From assembly GCA_964016885.1 (NCBI GenBank), contig OZ024742.1:28892001-28956000 (forward strand): DNA of 64,000 nucleotides, in the 5' to 3' direction. This DNA is from Eledone cirrhosa. Its lineage: Eukaryota. Below are positions 46,101-61,100 of the stretch, piece after piece. The notes beneath the pieces were generated by a model. That model ran no database searches. It was not told the DNA's origin and was given only the letters and a program-made list of their open reading frames with translations. Position 1 is the stretch's first letter, and every line of letters starts with the position of its first letter. The translations under genes and the position numbers were made by a program.

Positions 46101-49100
46101 ACCAATACATCCCACGTCTTGAGACACATGAGGCAGCCAAAGTGGTCCAATGACCACAGTCAGTTGTATCTACCAATACATCCCACCTCTTGAGACACAT
46201 GAGGCAGCCAAAGTGGTCCAATGACCACAGTCAGTTGTATCTACCAATACATCCCACGTCTTGAGACACATGAGGCAGCCAAAGTGGTCCAATGACCACA
46301 GTCAGTTGTATCTACCAATACATCCCACGTCTTGAGACACATGAGGCAGCCAAAGTGGTCCAATGACCACAGTCAGTTGTATCTACCAATACATCGCACG
46401 TCTTGAGACACATGAGGCAGCCAAAGTGGTCCAATGACCACAGTCAGTTGTATCTACCAATACATGCTACGTCTTGAGACACATGAAGCAGCCAAAGTGG
46501 TCCAATGACCACAGTCAGTTGTATCTACCAATACATCCCACGTCTTGAGACACATGAGGCAGCCAAAGTGGTCCAATGACCACGGTCAGTTGTATCTACC
46601 AATACATGCTACGTCTTGAGAAACATGAGGCAGCCAAAGTGGTCCAATGACCACGGTCAGTTGTATCTACCAATACATGCCACGTCTTGAGACACATGAG
46701 GCAGCCAAAGTGGTCCAATGAACACAGTCAGTTGTATCTACCAATACATCCCACGTGTGGAGACCCATGAGGCAGCCAAAGTGGTCCAATGACCACAGTC
46801 AGTTGTATCTACCAATACATCCCACGTCCTGAGAAACATGAGGCAGCCAAAGTGGTCCAATGAGCACAGTCAGTTGTATCTACCAATACATCCCACGTCT
46901 TGAGACACATGAGGCAGCCAAAGTGGTCCAATGACCACAGTCAGTTGTATCTACCAATACATCCCACGTCTTGAGACACATGAGGCAGCCAAAGTGGTCC
47001 AATGACCACAGTCAGTTGTATCTACCAATACATCCCACGTCTTGAGACACACGAGGCAGCCAAAGTGGTCCAATGACCACAGTCAGTTGTATCTACCAAT
47101 ACATCGCACGTCTTGAGACACATGAGGCAGCCAAAGTGGTCCAATGACCACAGTCAGTTGTATCTACCAATACATCCCATGTCTTGAGACACACGAGGCA
47201 GCCAAAGTGGTCCAATGATCACAGTCAGTTGTATCTACCAATACATCCCACCTCTTGAGACACATGAGGCAGCCAAAGTGGTCCAATGACCACAGTCAGT
47301 TGTATCTACCAATACATCCCACCTCTTGAGACACATGAGGCAGCCAAAGTGGTCCAATGACCACAGTCAGTTGTATCTACCAATACATCCCACGTCTTGA
47401 GACACATGAGGCAGCCAAAGTGGTCCAATGACCACAGTCAGTTGTATCTACCAATACATCCCACGTCTTGAGACACATGAGGCAGCCAAAGTGGTCCAAT
47501 GACCACAGTCAGTTGTATCTACCAATACATCGCACGTCTTGAGACACATGAGGCAGCCAAAGTGGTCCAATGACCACAGTCAGTTGTATCTACCAATACA
47601 TGCTACGTCTTGAGACACATGAAGCAGCCAAAGTGGTCCAATGACCACAGTCAGTTGTATCTACCAATACATCCCACGTCTTGAGACACATGAGGCAGCC
47701 AAAGTGGTCCAATGACCACGGTCAGTTGTATCTACCAATACATGCTACGTCTTGAGAAACATGAGGCAGCCAAAGTGGTCCAATGACCACGGTCAGTTGT
47801 ATCTACCAATACATGCCACGTCTTGAGACACATGAGGCAGCCAAAGTGGTCCAATGAACACAGTCAGTTGTATCTACCAATACATCCCACGTGTGGAGAC
47901 CCATGAGGCAGCCAAAGTGGTCCAATGACCACAGTCAGTTGTATCTACCAATACATCCCACGTCCTGAGAAACATGAGGCAGCCAAAGTGGTCCAATGAG
48001 CACAGTCAGTTGTATCTACCAATACATCCCACGTCTTGAGACACATGAGGCAGCCAAAGTGGTCCAATGACCACAGTCAGTTGTATCTACCAATACATCC
48101 CACGTCTTGAGACACATGAGGCAGCCAAAGTGGTCCAATGACCACACTCAGTTGTATCTACCAATACATCCCACGTCTTGAGACACATGAGGCAGCCAAA
48201 GTGGTCCAATGACCACAGTCAGTTGTATCTACCAATACATCCCACGTCTTGAGACACACGAGGCAGCCAAAGTGGTCCAATGACCACAGTCAGTTGTATC
48301 TACCAATACATCGCACGTCTTGAGACACATGAGGCAGCCAAAGTGGTCCAATGATCACAGTCAGTTGTATCTACCAATACATCCCACGTCTTGAGACACA
48401 TGAGGCAGCCAAAGTGGTCCAATGATCACAGTCAGTTGTATCTACCAATACATCCCACGTCTTGAGACACATGAGGCAGCCAAAGTGGTCCAATGATCAC
48501 AGTCAGTTGTATCTACCAATACATCCCACGTCTTGAGACACATGAGGCAGCCAAAGTGGTCCAATGACCACGGTCAGTTGTATCTACCAATACATGCTAC
48601 GTCTTGAGAAACATGAGGCAGCCAAAGTGGTCCAATGACCACGGTCAGTTGTATCTACCAATACATGCCACGTCTTGAGACACATGAGGCAGCCAAAGTG
48701 GTCCAATGACCACAGTCAGTTGTATCTACCAATACATCCCACGTGTGGAGACCCATGAGGCAGCCAAAGTGGTCCAATGACAACAGTCAGTTGTATCTAC
48801 CAATACATCCCACGTCCTGAGAAACATGAGGCAGCCAAAGTGGTCCAATGACCACAGTCAGTTGTATCTACCAATACATCCCATGTCTTGAGACACATGA
48901 GGCAGCCAAAGTGGTCCAATGACCACAGTCAGTTGTATCTACCAATACATGCCACGTCTCGAGACACATGAGGCAGCCAAAGTGGTCCAATGACCACAGT
49001 CAGTTGTATCTACCAATACATCCCACGTCTTGAGACACATGAGGCAGCCAAAGTGGTCCAATGACCACAGTCAGTTGTATCTACCAATACATCCCACGTC

Positions 49101-52100
49101 TTGAGACACATGAGGCAGCCAAAGTGGTCCAACGACCACAGTCAGTTGTATCTACCAATACATGCCACGTCTTGAGACACATGAGGCAGCCAAAGTGGTC
49201 CAATGACCACAGTCAGTTGTATCTACCAATACATGCCACGTCTTGAGACACATGAGGCAGCCAAAGTGGTCCAATGACCACAGTCAGTTGTATCTACCAA
49301 TACATCCCACGTCTTGAGACACATGAGGCAGCCAAAGTGGTCCAATGACCACAGTCAGTTGTATCTACCAATACATCCCACGTCTTGAGACACATGAGGC
49401 AGCCAAAGTGGTCCAATGACCACAGTCAGTTGTATCTACCAATACATGCCACGTCTTGAGACACATGAGGCAGCCAAAGTGGTCCAATGACCACAGTCAG
49501 TTGTATCTACCAATACATGCCACGTCTTGAGACACATGAGGCAGCCAAAGTGGTCCAATGACCACAGTCAGTTCTATCTACCAATACATCCCACGTCTTG
49601 AGACACATGAGGGAGCCAAAGTGGTCCAATGACAACAGTCAGTTGTATCTACCAATACATCCCACGTCTTGAGACACATGAGGCAGCCAAAGTGGTCCAA
49701 TGACCACAGTCAGTTGTATCTACCAATACATCCCACGTCTTGAGACACATGAGGCTGCCAAAGTGGTCCAATGACCACAGTCAGTTGTATCTACCAATAC
49801 ATCCCACGTCTTGAGACACATGAGGCAGCCAAAGTGGTCCAATGACCACAGTCAGTTGTATCTACCAATACATGCCACGTCTTGAGACATATGAGGCAGC
49901 CAAAGTGGTCCAATGACCACAGTCAGTTGTATCTACCAATACATGCCACGTCTTGAGACACATGAGGCAGCCAAAATGGTCCAATGACCACAGTCAGTTG
50001 TTTCTACCAATACATCCCACGTCTTGAGACATATGAAGCAGCCAAAGTGGTCCAATGACCACGGTCAGTTGTATCTACCAATACATCCCACGTCTTGAGA
50101 CACATGAAGCAGCCAAAGTGGTCCAATGACCACAGTCAGTTGTATCTACCAATACATGCCACGTCTTGAGACGCATGAAGCAGCCAAAGTGGTCCAATGA
50201 CCACGGTCAGTTATATCTACCAATACATCCCATGTCTTGAGACACATGAGGCAGCCAAAGTGGTCCAATGACCACAGTCAGTTGTATCTACCAATACATC
50301 CCACGTCTTGAGACACATGAAGCAGCCAAAGTGGTCCAATGACCACGGTCAGTTGTATCTACCAATACATCCCACGTCTTGAGACACATGAGGCAGCCAA
50401 AGTGGTCCAATGACCACAGTCAGTTGTATCTACCAATAATTCCCATGTCTTGAGACACATTAGGCAGCCAAAGTGGTCCAATGACCACAGTCAGTTGTAT
50501 CTACCAATACATGCCACGTCTTGAGACACATGAGGCAGCCAAAGTGGTCCAATGACCACGGTCAGTTACATCTGTCAATACCTCCCACGTCTTGAGACAC
50601 ATGAGGCAGCCAAAGTGGTCCAATGACCACAGTCAGTTGTATCTACCAATACATGCCACGTCTTAAGACACATGAGGTTGCCAAAGTGGTCCAATGACCA
50701 CAGTCAGTTGTATCTACCAATACATCCCACGTCTTGAGACACATGAGGCAGCCAAAGTGGTCCAATGACCACAGTCAGTTGTATCTACCAATACATGCCA
50801 CGTCTTGAGACACATGAAGCAGCCAAAGTGGTCCAATGACCACAGTCAGTTGTATCTACCAATACATCCCACGTCTTGAGACACATGAGGCAGCCAAAGT
50901 GGTCCAATGACCACAGTCATTTGTATCTACCAATACATGCCACGTCTTGAGACACATGAGGCAGCCAAAGTGGTCCAATGACCACAGTCAGTTGTATCTA
51001 CCAATACATGCCACGTCTTGAGACACATGAGGCAGCCAAAGTGGTCCAATGACCACAGTCAGTTGTATCTACCAATACATCCCACGTCTTGAGACACATG
51101 AGGCAGCCAAAGTGGTCCAATGACAACAGTCAGTTGTATCTACCAATACATCCCACGTCTTGAGACACATGAGGCAGCCAAAGTGGTCCAATGACCACGG
51201 TCAGTTGTATCTACCAATACATGCCACGTCTTGAGACACATGAAGCAGCCAAAGTGGTCCAATGACCACAGTCAGTTGTATCTACCAATACATCCCACGT
51301 CTTGAGACATATGAAGCAGCCAAAGTGGTCCAATGACCACGGTCAGTTGTATCTACCAATACATCCCACGTCTTGAGACACATGAAGCAGCCAAAGTGGT
51401 CCAATGACCACAGTCAGTTGTATCTACCAATACATCCCACGTCTTGAGACACATTAAGCAGCCAAAGTGGTCCAATGACCACAGTCAGTTGTATCTACCA
51501 ATACATGCCACGTCTTGAGACGCATGAAGCAGCCAAAGTGGTCCAATGACCACGGTCAGTTATATCTACCAATACATCCCACGTCTTGAGACACATGAGG
51601 CAGCCAAAGTGGTCCAATGACCACAGTCAGTTGTATTTACCAATACATGCCACGTCTTGAGACACATGAAGCAGCCAAAGTGGTCCAATGACCACGGTCA
51701 GTTGTATCTACCAATACATCCCACGTCTTGAGACACATGAGGCAGCCAAAGTCGTCCAATGACCACAGTCAGTTGTATCTACCAATAATTCCCATGTCTT
51801 GAGACACATGAGGCAGCCAAAGTGGTCCAATGACCACAGTCAGTTGTATCTACCAATACATGCCACGTCTTGAGACACATGAAGCAGCCAAAGTGGTCCA
51901 ATGTCCACAGTCAGTTGTATCTACCAATACATCCCACGTCTTGAGACACATGAGGCAGCCAAAGTGGTCCAATGGCCACAGTCAGTTGTATCTGCCAATA
52001 CATGCCACGTCTTGAGACACATGAGGCAGCCAAAGTGGTCCAATGACCACAGTCAGTTGTATCTACCAGTACATCCCATGTCTTGAGACACATGAGGCAG

Positions 52101-55100
52101 CCAAAGTGGTCCAATGACCACAGTCAGTTGTATCTTCCAATACATCCCACGTCTTGAGACACATGAGGCTGCCAAAGTGGTCCAATGACCACAGTCAGTT
52201 GTATCTACCAATACATCCCACGTCTTGAGACACATGAGGCAGCCAAAGTGGTCCAATGACCACAGTCAGTTGTATCTACCAATACATGCCACGTCTTGAG
52301 ACACATGAGGCAGCCAAAGTGGTCCAATGACCACGGTCAGTTACATCTGTCAATACCTCCCACGTCTTGAGACACATGAGGCAGCCAAAGTGGTCCAATG
52401 ACCACAGTCAGTTGTATCTACCAATACATGCCACGTCTTGAGACACATGAGGCTGCCAAAGTGGTCCAATGACCACAGTCAGTTGTATCTACCAATACAT
52501 CCCACGTCTTGAGACACATGAGGCAGCCAAAGTGGTCCAATGACCACAGTCAGTTGTATCTACCAATACATGCCACGTCTTGAGACACATGAGGCTGCCA
52601 AAGTGGTCCAATGAACATAGTCAGTTGTATCTACCAATACATCCCACGTCTTGAGACACGTGAGGCAGCCAAAGTGGTCCAATGACCATAGTCAGTTGTA
52701 TCTACCAATACATGCCACGTCTTGAGTAACATGAGGCAGCCAAAGTGGTCCAATGACCACGGTCAGTTACATCTGTCAATACATCCCACGTCTGGAGACA
52801 CATGAGGCAGCCAAAGTGGTCCAATGACCACAGTCAGTTGTATCTACCAATACATCCCACGTCTTGAGACACATGAGGCAGCCAAAGTGGTACAATGACC
52901 ACGGTCAGTTGTATCTACCAATACATGCCACGTCTTGAGTAACATGAGGCAGCCAAAGTGGTCCAATGACCACGGTCAGTTGTATCTACCAATACATGCC
53001 ACGTCTTGAGACACATGAGGCAGCCAAAGTGGTCCAATGACCACAGTCAGTTGTATCTACCAATACATCCCATGTCTTGAGACACATGAAGCAGCCAAAG
53101 TGGTCCAATGACCACAGTCAGTTGTATCTACCAATACATGCCACGTCTTGAGACACATGAGGCAGCGAAAGTGGTCCAATGACCACAGTCAGTTGTATCT
53201 ACCAATACATGCCACGTTTTGAGACACATGAGGCAGCCAAAGTGGTCCGATGACCACAGTCAGTTATATCTACCAATACATCCCATGTCTTGAGACACAT
53301 GAGGCAGCCAAAGTGGTCCAATGACCACAGTCAGTTGTATCTACCAATACATCCCACGTCTTGAGACACATGAGGCAGCCAAAGTGGTCCAATGACCACA
53401 GTCAGTTGTATCTACCAATGCATCCCATGTCTTGAGACACATGAAGCAGCCAAAGTGGTCCAATGACCACAGTCAGTTGTATCTACCAATACATCCCATG
53501 TCTTGAGACACATGAGGCAGCCAAAGTGGTCCAATGACCACAGTCAGTTGTATCTACCAATACATGCCACGTCTTCAGACACATGAGGCAGCCAAAGTGG
53601 TCCAATGACCACAGTCAGTTGTATCTACCAATTCATCCCACGTCTTGAGACACATGAGGCAGCCAAAGTGGTCCAATGACCACAGTCAGTTGTATCTACC
53701 AATACATCCCACGTCTTGAGACACATGAGGCAGCAAAAGTGGTCCAATGACCACAGTCAATTGTATCTACCAATACATCCCATGTCTTGAGACACATGAA
53801 GCAGCCAAAGTGGTCCAATGACCACAGTCAGTTGTATCTACCAATACATCCCATGTCTTGAGACACATGAGGCAGCCAAAGTGGTCCAATGACCACAGTC
53901 AATTGTATGTACCAATACATGCCACGTCTTGAGACACATGAGGCAGCCAAAGTGGTCCAATGACCACAGTCAGTTGTATCTACCAATACATCCCACGTCT
54001 TGAGACACATGAGGCAGCCAAAGTGGTCCAATGACCACAGTCAGTTGTATCTACCAATACATCCCACGTCCTGAGACACATGAGGCAGCCAAAGTGGTCC
54101 TATGACCACAGTCAGTTGTATCTACCAATACATCCCACGTCTTGAGACACATGAGGCAGCCAAAGTGGTCCAATGACCACAGTCAGTTGTATCTACCAAT
54201 ACATCCCACGTCCTGAGACACATGAGGCAGCCAAAGTGGTCCAATGACCACAGTCAGGTGTATCTACCAATACATCCCACGTCTTGAGACACATGAGGCA
54301 GCCAAATTGGTCCAATGACCACAGTCAGTTGTATCTACCAATACATCCCACGTCCTGAGACACATGAGGCAGCCAAAGTGGTCCAATGACCACAGTCAGT
54401 TGTATCTACCAATACATCCCACGTCTTGAGACACATGAGGCAGCCAAAGTGGTCCAATGACCACAGTCAGTTGTATCTACCAATACATCCCACGTCTTGT
54501 GACACATGAAGCAGCCAGAGTGGTCCAATGACCACAGTCAGTTGTATCTACCAATACATGCCACGTCTTGAGACACATGAGGCAGCCAAAGTGGTCCAAT
54601 GACCACATTCAGTTGTATCTACCAATACATCCCACGTCTTGAGACACATGAGGCAGCCAAAGTGGTCCAATGACCACAGTCAGTTGTATCTACCAATACA
54701 TCCCACGTCCTGAGACACATGAGGCAGCCAAAGTGGTCCAATGACCACAGTCAGTTGTATCTACCAATACATCCCACGTCTTGAGACACATGAGGCAGCC
54801 AAAGTGGTCCAATGACCACAGTCAGTTGTATCTACCAATACATCCCACGTCTTGTGACACATGAAGCAGCCAGAGTGGTCCAATGACCACAGTCAGTTGT
54901 ATCTACCAATACATCCCACGTCTTGAGACACATGAGGCAGCCAAAGTGGTCCAATGACCACAGTCAGTTGTATCTACCAATACATCCCACGTCTTGAGAC
55001 ACATGAGGCAGCCAAAGTGGTCCAATGACCACAGTCAGTTGTATCTACCAATACATCCCACGCCTTGAGACACATGAGGCAGCCAAAGTGGTCCAATGAC

Positions 55101-58100
55101 CACAGTCAGTTGTATCTACCAATACATGCCACTTCTTGAGACACATGAGGCAGCCAAAGTGGTCCAATGACCACAGTCAGTTGTATCTACCAATACATGC
55201 CACGTCTTGAGACACATGAGGCAGCCAAAGTGGTCCAATGACCACAGTCAGTCGTATCTACCAATACATCCCACGTCTTGAGACACATGAGGCAGCCAAA
55301 GTGGTCCAATGACCACAGTCAGTTGTATCTACCAATACATCCCACGTCTTGAGACACATGAGGCAGCCAAAGTGGTCCAATGACCACAGTCAGTTGTATC
55401 TACCAATACATCCCACGTCTTGAGACACAGGTGGCAGCCAAAGTGGTCCAATGACAACAGTCAGTTGTATCTACCAATACATCCCACGTCTTGAGACACA
55501 TGAGGCAGCCAAAGTGGTCCAATGACCACGGTCAGTTGTATCTACCAATACATGCCACGTCTTGAGACACATGAAGCAGCCAAAGTGGTCCAATGACCAC
55601 AGTCAGTTGTATCTACCAATACATCCCACGTCTTGAGACACATGAAGCAGCCAAAGTGGTTCAATGACAACAGTCAGTTGTATCTACCAATACATCCCAC
55701 GTCTTGAGACACATGAGGCAGCCAAAGTGGTCCAATAACCACGGTCAGTTGTATCTACCAATACATGCTACGTCTTGAGACACATGAAGCAGCCAAAGTG
55801 GTCCAATGACCACAGTCAGTTGTATCTACCAATACATCCCACGTCTTGAGACACATGAAGCAGCCAAAGTGGTCCAATGACCACAGTCAGTTGTATCTAC
55901 CAATACATGCCACGTTTTGAGACACATGAGGCAGCCAAAGTGGTCCAATGACCACAGTCAGTTATATCTACCAATACATCCCATGTCTTGAGACACATGA
56001 GGCAGCCAAAGTGGTCCAATGACCACAGTCAGTTGTATCTACCAATACATCCCACGTCTTGAGACACATGAGGCAGCCAAAGTGGTCCAATGACCACAGT
56101 CAGTTGTATCTACCAATACATCCCATGTCTTGAGACACATGAAGCAGCCAAAGTGGTCCAATGACCACAGTCAGTTGTATCTACCAATACATGCCACGTC
56201 TTCAGACACATGAGGCAGCCAAAGTGGTCCAATGACCACAGTCAGTTGTATCTACCAATACATCCCACGTCTTGAGACACATGAGGCAGCCAAAGTGGTC
56301 CAATGACCACAGTCAGTTGTATCTACCAATACATCCCATGTCTTGAGACACATGAAGCAGCCAAAGTGGTCCAATGACCACAGTCAGTTGTATCTACCAA
56401 TACATCCCATGTCTTGAGACACATGAGGCAGCCAAAGTGGTCCAATGACCACAGTCAGTTGTATCTACCAATACATGCCACGTCTTGAGACACATGAGGC
56501 AGCCAAAGTGGTCCAATGACCACAGTCAGTTGTATCTACCAATACATGCCACGTCTTGAGACACATGAGGCAGCCAAAGTGGTCCAATGACCACAGTCAG
56601 TTGTATCTACCAATACATGCCAAGTCTTGAGACACATGAGGCAGCCAAAGTGGTCCAATGACCACAGTCAGTTGTATCTACCAATACATCCCACGTTTGA
56701 GACACATGAGGCAGCCAAAGTGGTCCAATGACCACAGTCAGTTGTATCTACCAATACATCCCACGTCTTGTGACACATGAGGCAGCCAGAGTGGTCCAAT
56801 GACCACAGTCAGTTGTATCTACCAATACATCCCACGTCTTGAGACACATGAGGCAGCCAAAGTGGTCCAATAACAACAGTCAGTTGTATCTACCAATACA
56901 TCCCACGTCTTGAGACACATGAGGCAGCCAAAGTGGTCCAATGACCACAGTCAGTTGTATCTACCAATACATCCCACGTCTTGAGACACATGAGGCAGCC
57001 AAAGTGGTCCAATGACCACAGTCAGTTGTATCTACCAATACATGCCACGTCTTGAGACACATGAGGCAGCCAAATTGGTCCAATGACCACAGTCAGTTGT
57101 ATCTACCAATACATGCCACGTCTTGAGACACATGAGGCAGCCAAAGTGTTCCAATGACCACAGTCAGTTGTATCTACCAATACATCCCACGTCTTGAGAC
57201 ACATGAGGCAGCCAAAGTGATCCAATGACCACAGTCAGTTGTATCTACCAATACATCCCACGTCTTGAGACACATGAGGCAGCCAAAGTGGTCCAATGAC
57301 CACAGTCAGTTGTATCTACCAATACATGCCACGTCTTGAGACACATGAGGCAGCCAATGTGGTCCAATGACCACAGTCAATTGTATCTACCAATACATCC
57401 CACGTCTTGAGACACATGAGGCAGCCAAAGTGGTCCAATGACCACAGTCAGTTGTATCTACCAATACATCCCACGTCTTGTGACACATGAAGCAGCCAGA
57501 GTGGTCCAATGACCACAGTCAGTTGTATCTACCAATACATCCCACGTCTTGAAACACATGAGGCAGCCAAAGTGGTCCAATGACAACAGTCAGTTGTATC
57601 TACCAATACATCCCACGTCTTGAGACACATGAGGCAGCCAAAGTGGTCCAATGACCACAGTCAGTTGTATCTACCAATACATCCCACGTCTTGAGACACA
57701 TGAGGCAGCCAAAGTGGTCCAATGACCACAGTCCGTTGTATCTACCAATACATCCCACGTCTTGAGACACATGAGGCAGCCAAAGTGGTCCAATGACCAC
57801 AGTCAGTTGTATCTACCAATACATGCCACGTCTTGAGACACATGAGGCAGCCAAAGTGGTCCAATGACCACAGTCAGTTGTATCTACCAATACATGCCAC
57901 GTCTTGAGACACATGAGGCAGCCAAAGTGGTCCAATGACCACAGTCAGTCGTATCTACCAATACATCCCACGTCTTGAGACACATGAGGCAGCCAAAGTG
58001 GTCCAATGACCACAGTCAGTTGTATCTACCAATACATCCCACGTCTTGAGACACATGAGGCAGCCAAAGTGGTCCAATGACCACAGTCAGTTGTATCTAC

Positions 58101-61100
58101 CAATACATGCCACGTCTTGAGACACATGAGGCAGCCAAAGTGGTCCAATGACCACAGTCAGTTGTATCTACCAATACATCCCACGTCTTGAGACACACGA
58201 GGCAGCCAAAATGGTCCAATGACCACAGTCAGTTGTATCTATCAATACATCCCACGTCTTGAGACACAGGAGGCAGCCAAAGTGGTCCAATGACAACAGT
58301 CAGTTGTATCTACCAATACATCCCACGTCTTGAGACACATGAGGCAGCCAAAGTGGTCCAATGACCACGGTCAGTTGTATCTACCAATACATGCCACGTC
58401 TTGAGACACATGAAGCAGCCAAAGTGGTCCAATGACCACAGTCAGTTATATCTACCAATACATCCCACGTCTTGAGACACATGAAGCAGCCAAAGTGGTC
58501 CAATGACCACAGTCAGTTGTATCTACCAATACATCCCACGTCTTGAGACACAGGAGGCAGCCAAAGTGGTCCAATGACAACAGTCAGTTGTATCTACCAA
58601 TACATCCCACGTCTTGAGACACATGAGGCAGCCAAAGTGGTCCAATGACCACGGTCAGTTGTATCTACCAATACATGCCACGTCTTGAGACACATGAAGC
58701 AGCCAAAGTGGTCCAATGACCAAAGTCAGTTGTATCTACCAATACATCCCACGTCTTGAGACACATGAAGCAGCCAAAGTGGTCCAATGACCACAGTCCG
58801 TTGTATCTACCAATACATGCCACGTTTTGAGACACATGAGGCAGCCAAAGTGGTCCAATGACCACAGTCAGTTGTATCTACCAATACATCCCATGTCTTG
58901 AGACACATGAGGCAGCCAAAGTGGTCCAATGACCACAGTCAGTTGTATCTACCAATACATGCCACGTCTTGAGACACATGAGGCAGCCAAAGTGGTCCAA
59001 TGACCACAGTCAGTTGTATCTACCAATACATCCCACGTCTTGAGACACATGAGGCAGCCAAAGTGGTCCAATGACCACAGTCAGTTGTATCTACCAATAC
59101 ATCCCACGTCTTGAGACACATGAGGCAGCCAAAGTGATCCAATGACCACAGTCAGTTGTATCTACCAATACATGCCACGTCTTGAGACACATGAAGCAGC
59201 CAAAGTGGTCCAATGACCACGGTCAGTTATATCTACCAATACATCCCACGTCTTGAGACACATGATGCAGCCAAAGTGGTCCAATGACCACAGTCAGTTG
59301 TATCTACCAATACATCCCACGTCTTGAGACACATGAAGCAGCCAAAGTGGTCCAATGACCACGGTCAGTTGTATCTACCAATACATCCCACGTCTTGAGA
59401 CACATGAGGCAGCCAAAGTGGTCCAATGACCACAGTCAGTTGTATCTACCAATACATCCCATGTCTTGAGACACATAAGGCAGCCAAAGTGGTCCAATGA
59501 CCACAGTCAGTTGTATCTACCAATACATCCCACGTCTTGAGACACATGAGGCAGCCAAAGTGGTCCAATGACCACAGTCAGTTGTATCTACCAATACATG
59601 CCACGTCTTAAGACACATGAGGCAGCCAAAGTGGTCCAATGACCACAGTCAGTTGTATCTACCAATACATCCCACGTTTGAGACACATGAGGCAGCCAAA
59701 GTGGTCCAATGACCACAGTCAGTTGTATCTACCAATACATCCCACGTCTTGTGACACATGAGGCAGCCAGAGTGGTCCAATGACCACAGTCAGTTGTATC
59801 TACCAATACAACCCACGTCTTGAGACACATGAGGCAGCCAAAGTGGTCCAATGACCACAGTCAGTTGTATCTACCAATACATCCCACGTCTTGAGACACA
59901 TGAGGCAGCCAAAGTGGTCCAATGACCACAGTCAGTTGTATCTACCAATACATCCCACGTCTTGTGACACATGAAGCAGCCAGAGTGGTCCAATGACCAC
60001 AGTCAGTTGTATCTACCAATACATCCCACGTCTTGAAACACATGAGGCAGCCAAAGTGGTCCAATGACAACAGTCAGTTGTATCTACCAATACATCCCAC
60101 GTCTTGAGACACATGAGGCAGCCAAAGTGGTCCAATGACCACAGTCAGTTGTATCTACCAATACATCCCACGTCTTGAGACACATGAGGCAGCCAAAGTG
60201 GTCCAATGACCACAGTCCGTTGTATCTACCAATACATCCCACGTCTTGAGACACATGAGGCAGCCAAAGTGGTCCAATGACCACAGTCAGTTGTATCTAC
60301 CAATACATGCCACGTCTTGAGACACATGAGGCAGCCAAAGTGGTCCAATGACCACAGTCAGTTGTATCTACCAATACATGCCACGTCTTGAGACACATGA
60401 GGCAGCCAAAGTGGTCCAATGACCACAGTCAGTCGTATCTACCAATACATCCCACGTCTTGAGACACATGAGGCAGCCAAAGTGGTCCAATGACCACAGT
60501 CAGTTGTATCTACCAATACATCCCACGTCTTGAGACACATGAGGCAGCCAAAGTGGTCCAATGACCACAGTCAGTTGTATCTACCAATACATGCCACGTC
60601 TTGAGACACATGAGGCAGCCAAAGTGGTCCAATGACCACAGTCAGTTGTATCTACCAATACATCCCACGTCTTGAGACACACGAGGCAGCCAAAATGGTC
60701 CAATGACCACAGTCAGTTGTATCTATCAATACATCCCACGTCTTGAGACACAGGAGGCAGCCAAAGTGGTCCAATGACAACAGTCAGTTGTATCTACCAA
60801 TACATCCCACGTCTTGAGACACATGAGGCAGCCAAAGTGGTCCAATGACCACGGTCAGTTGTATCTACCAATACATGCCACGTCTTGAGACACATGAAGC
60901 AGCCAAAGTGGTCCAATGACCACAGTCAGTTATATCTACCAATACATCCCACGTCTTGAGACACATGAAGCAGCCAAAGTGGTCCAATGACCACAGTCAG
61001 TTGTATCTACCAATACATCCCACGTCTTGAGACACAGGAGGCAGCCAAAGTGGTCCAATGACAACAGTCAGTTGTATCTACCAATACATCCCACGTCTTG

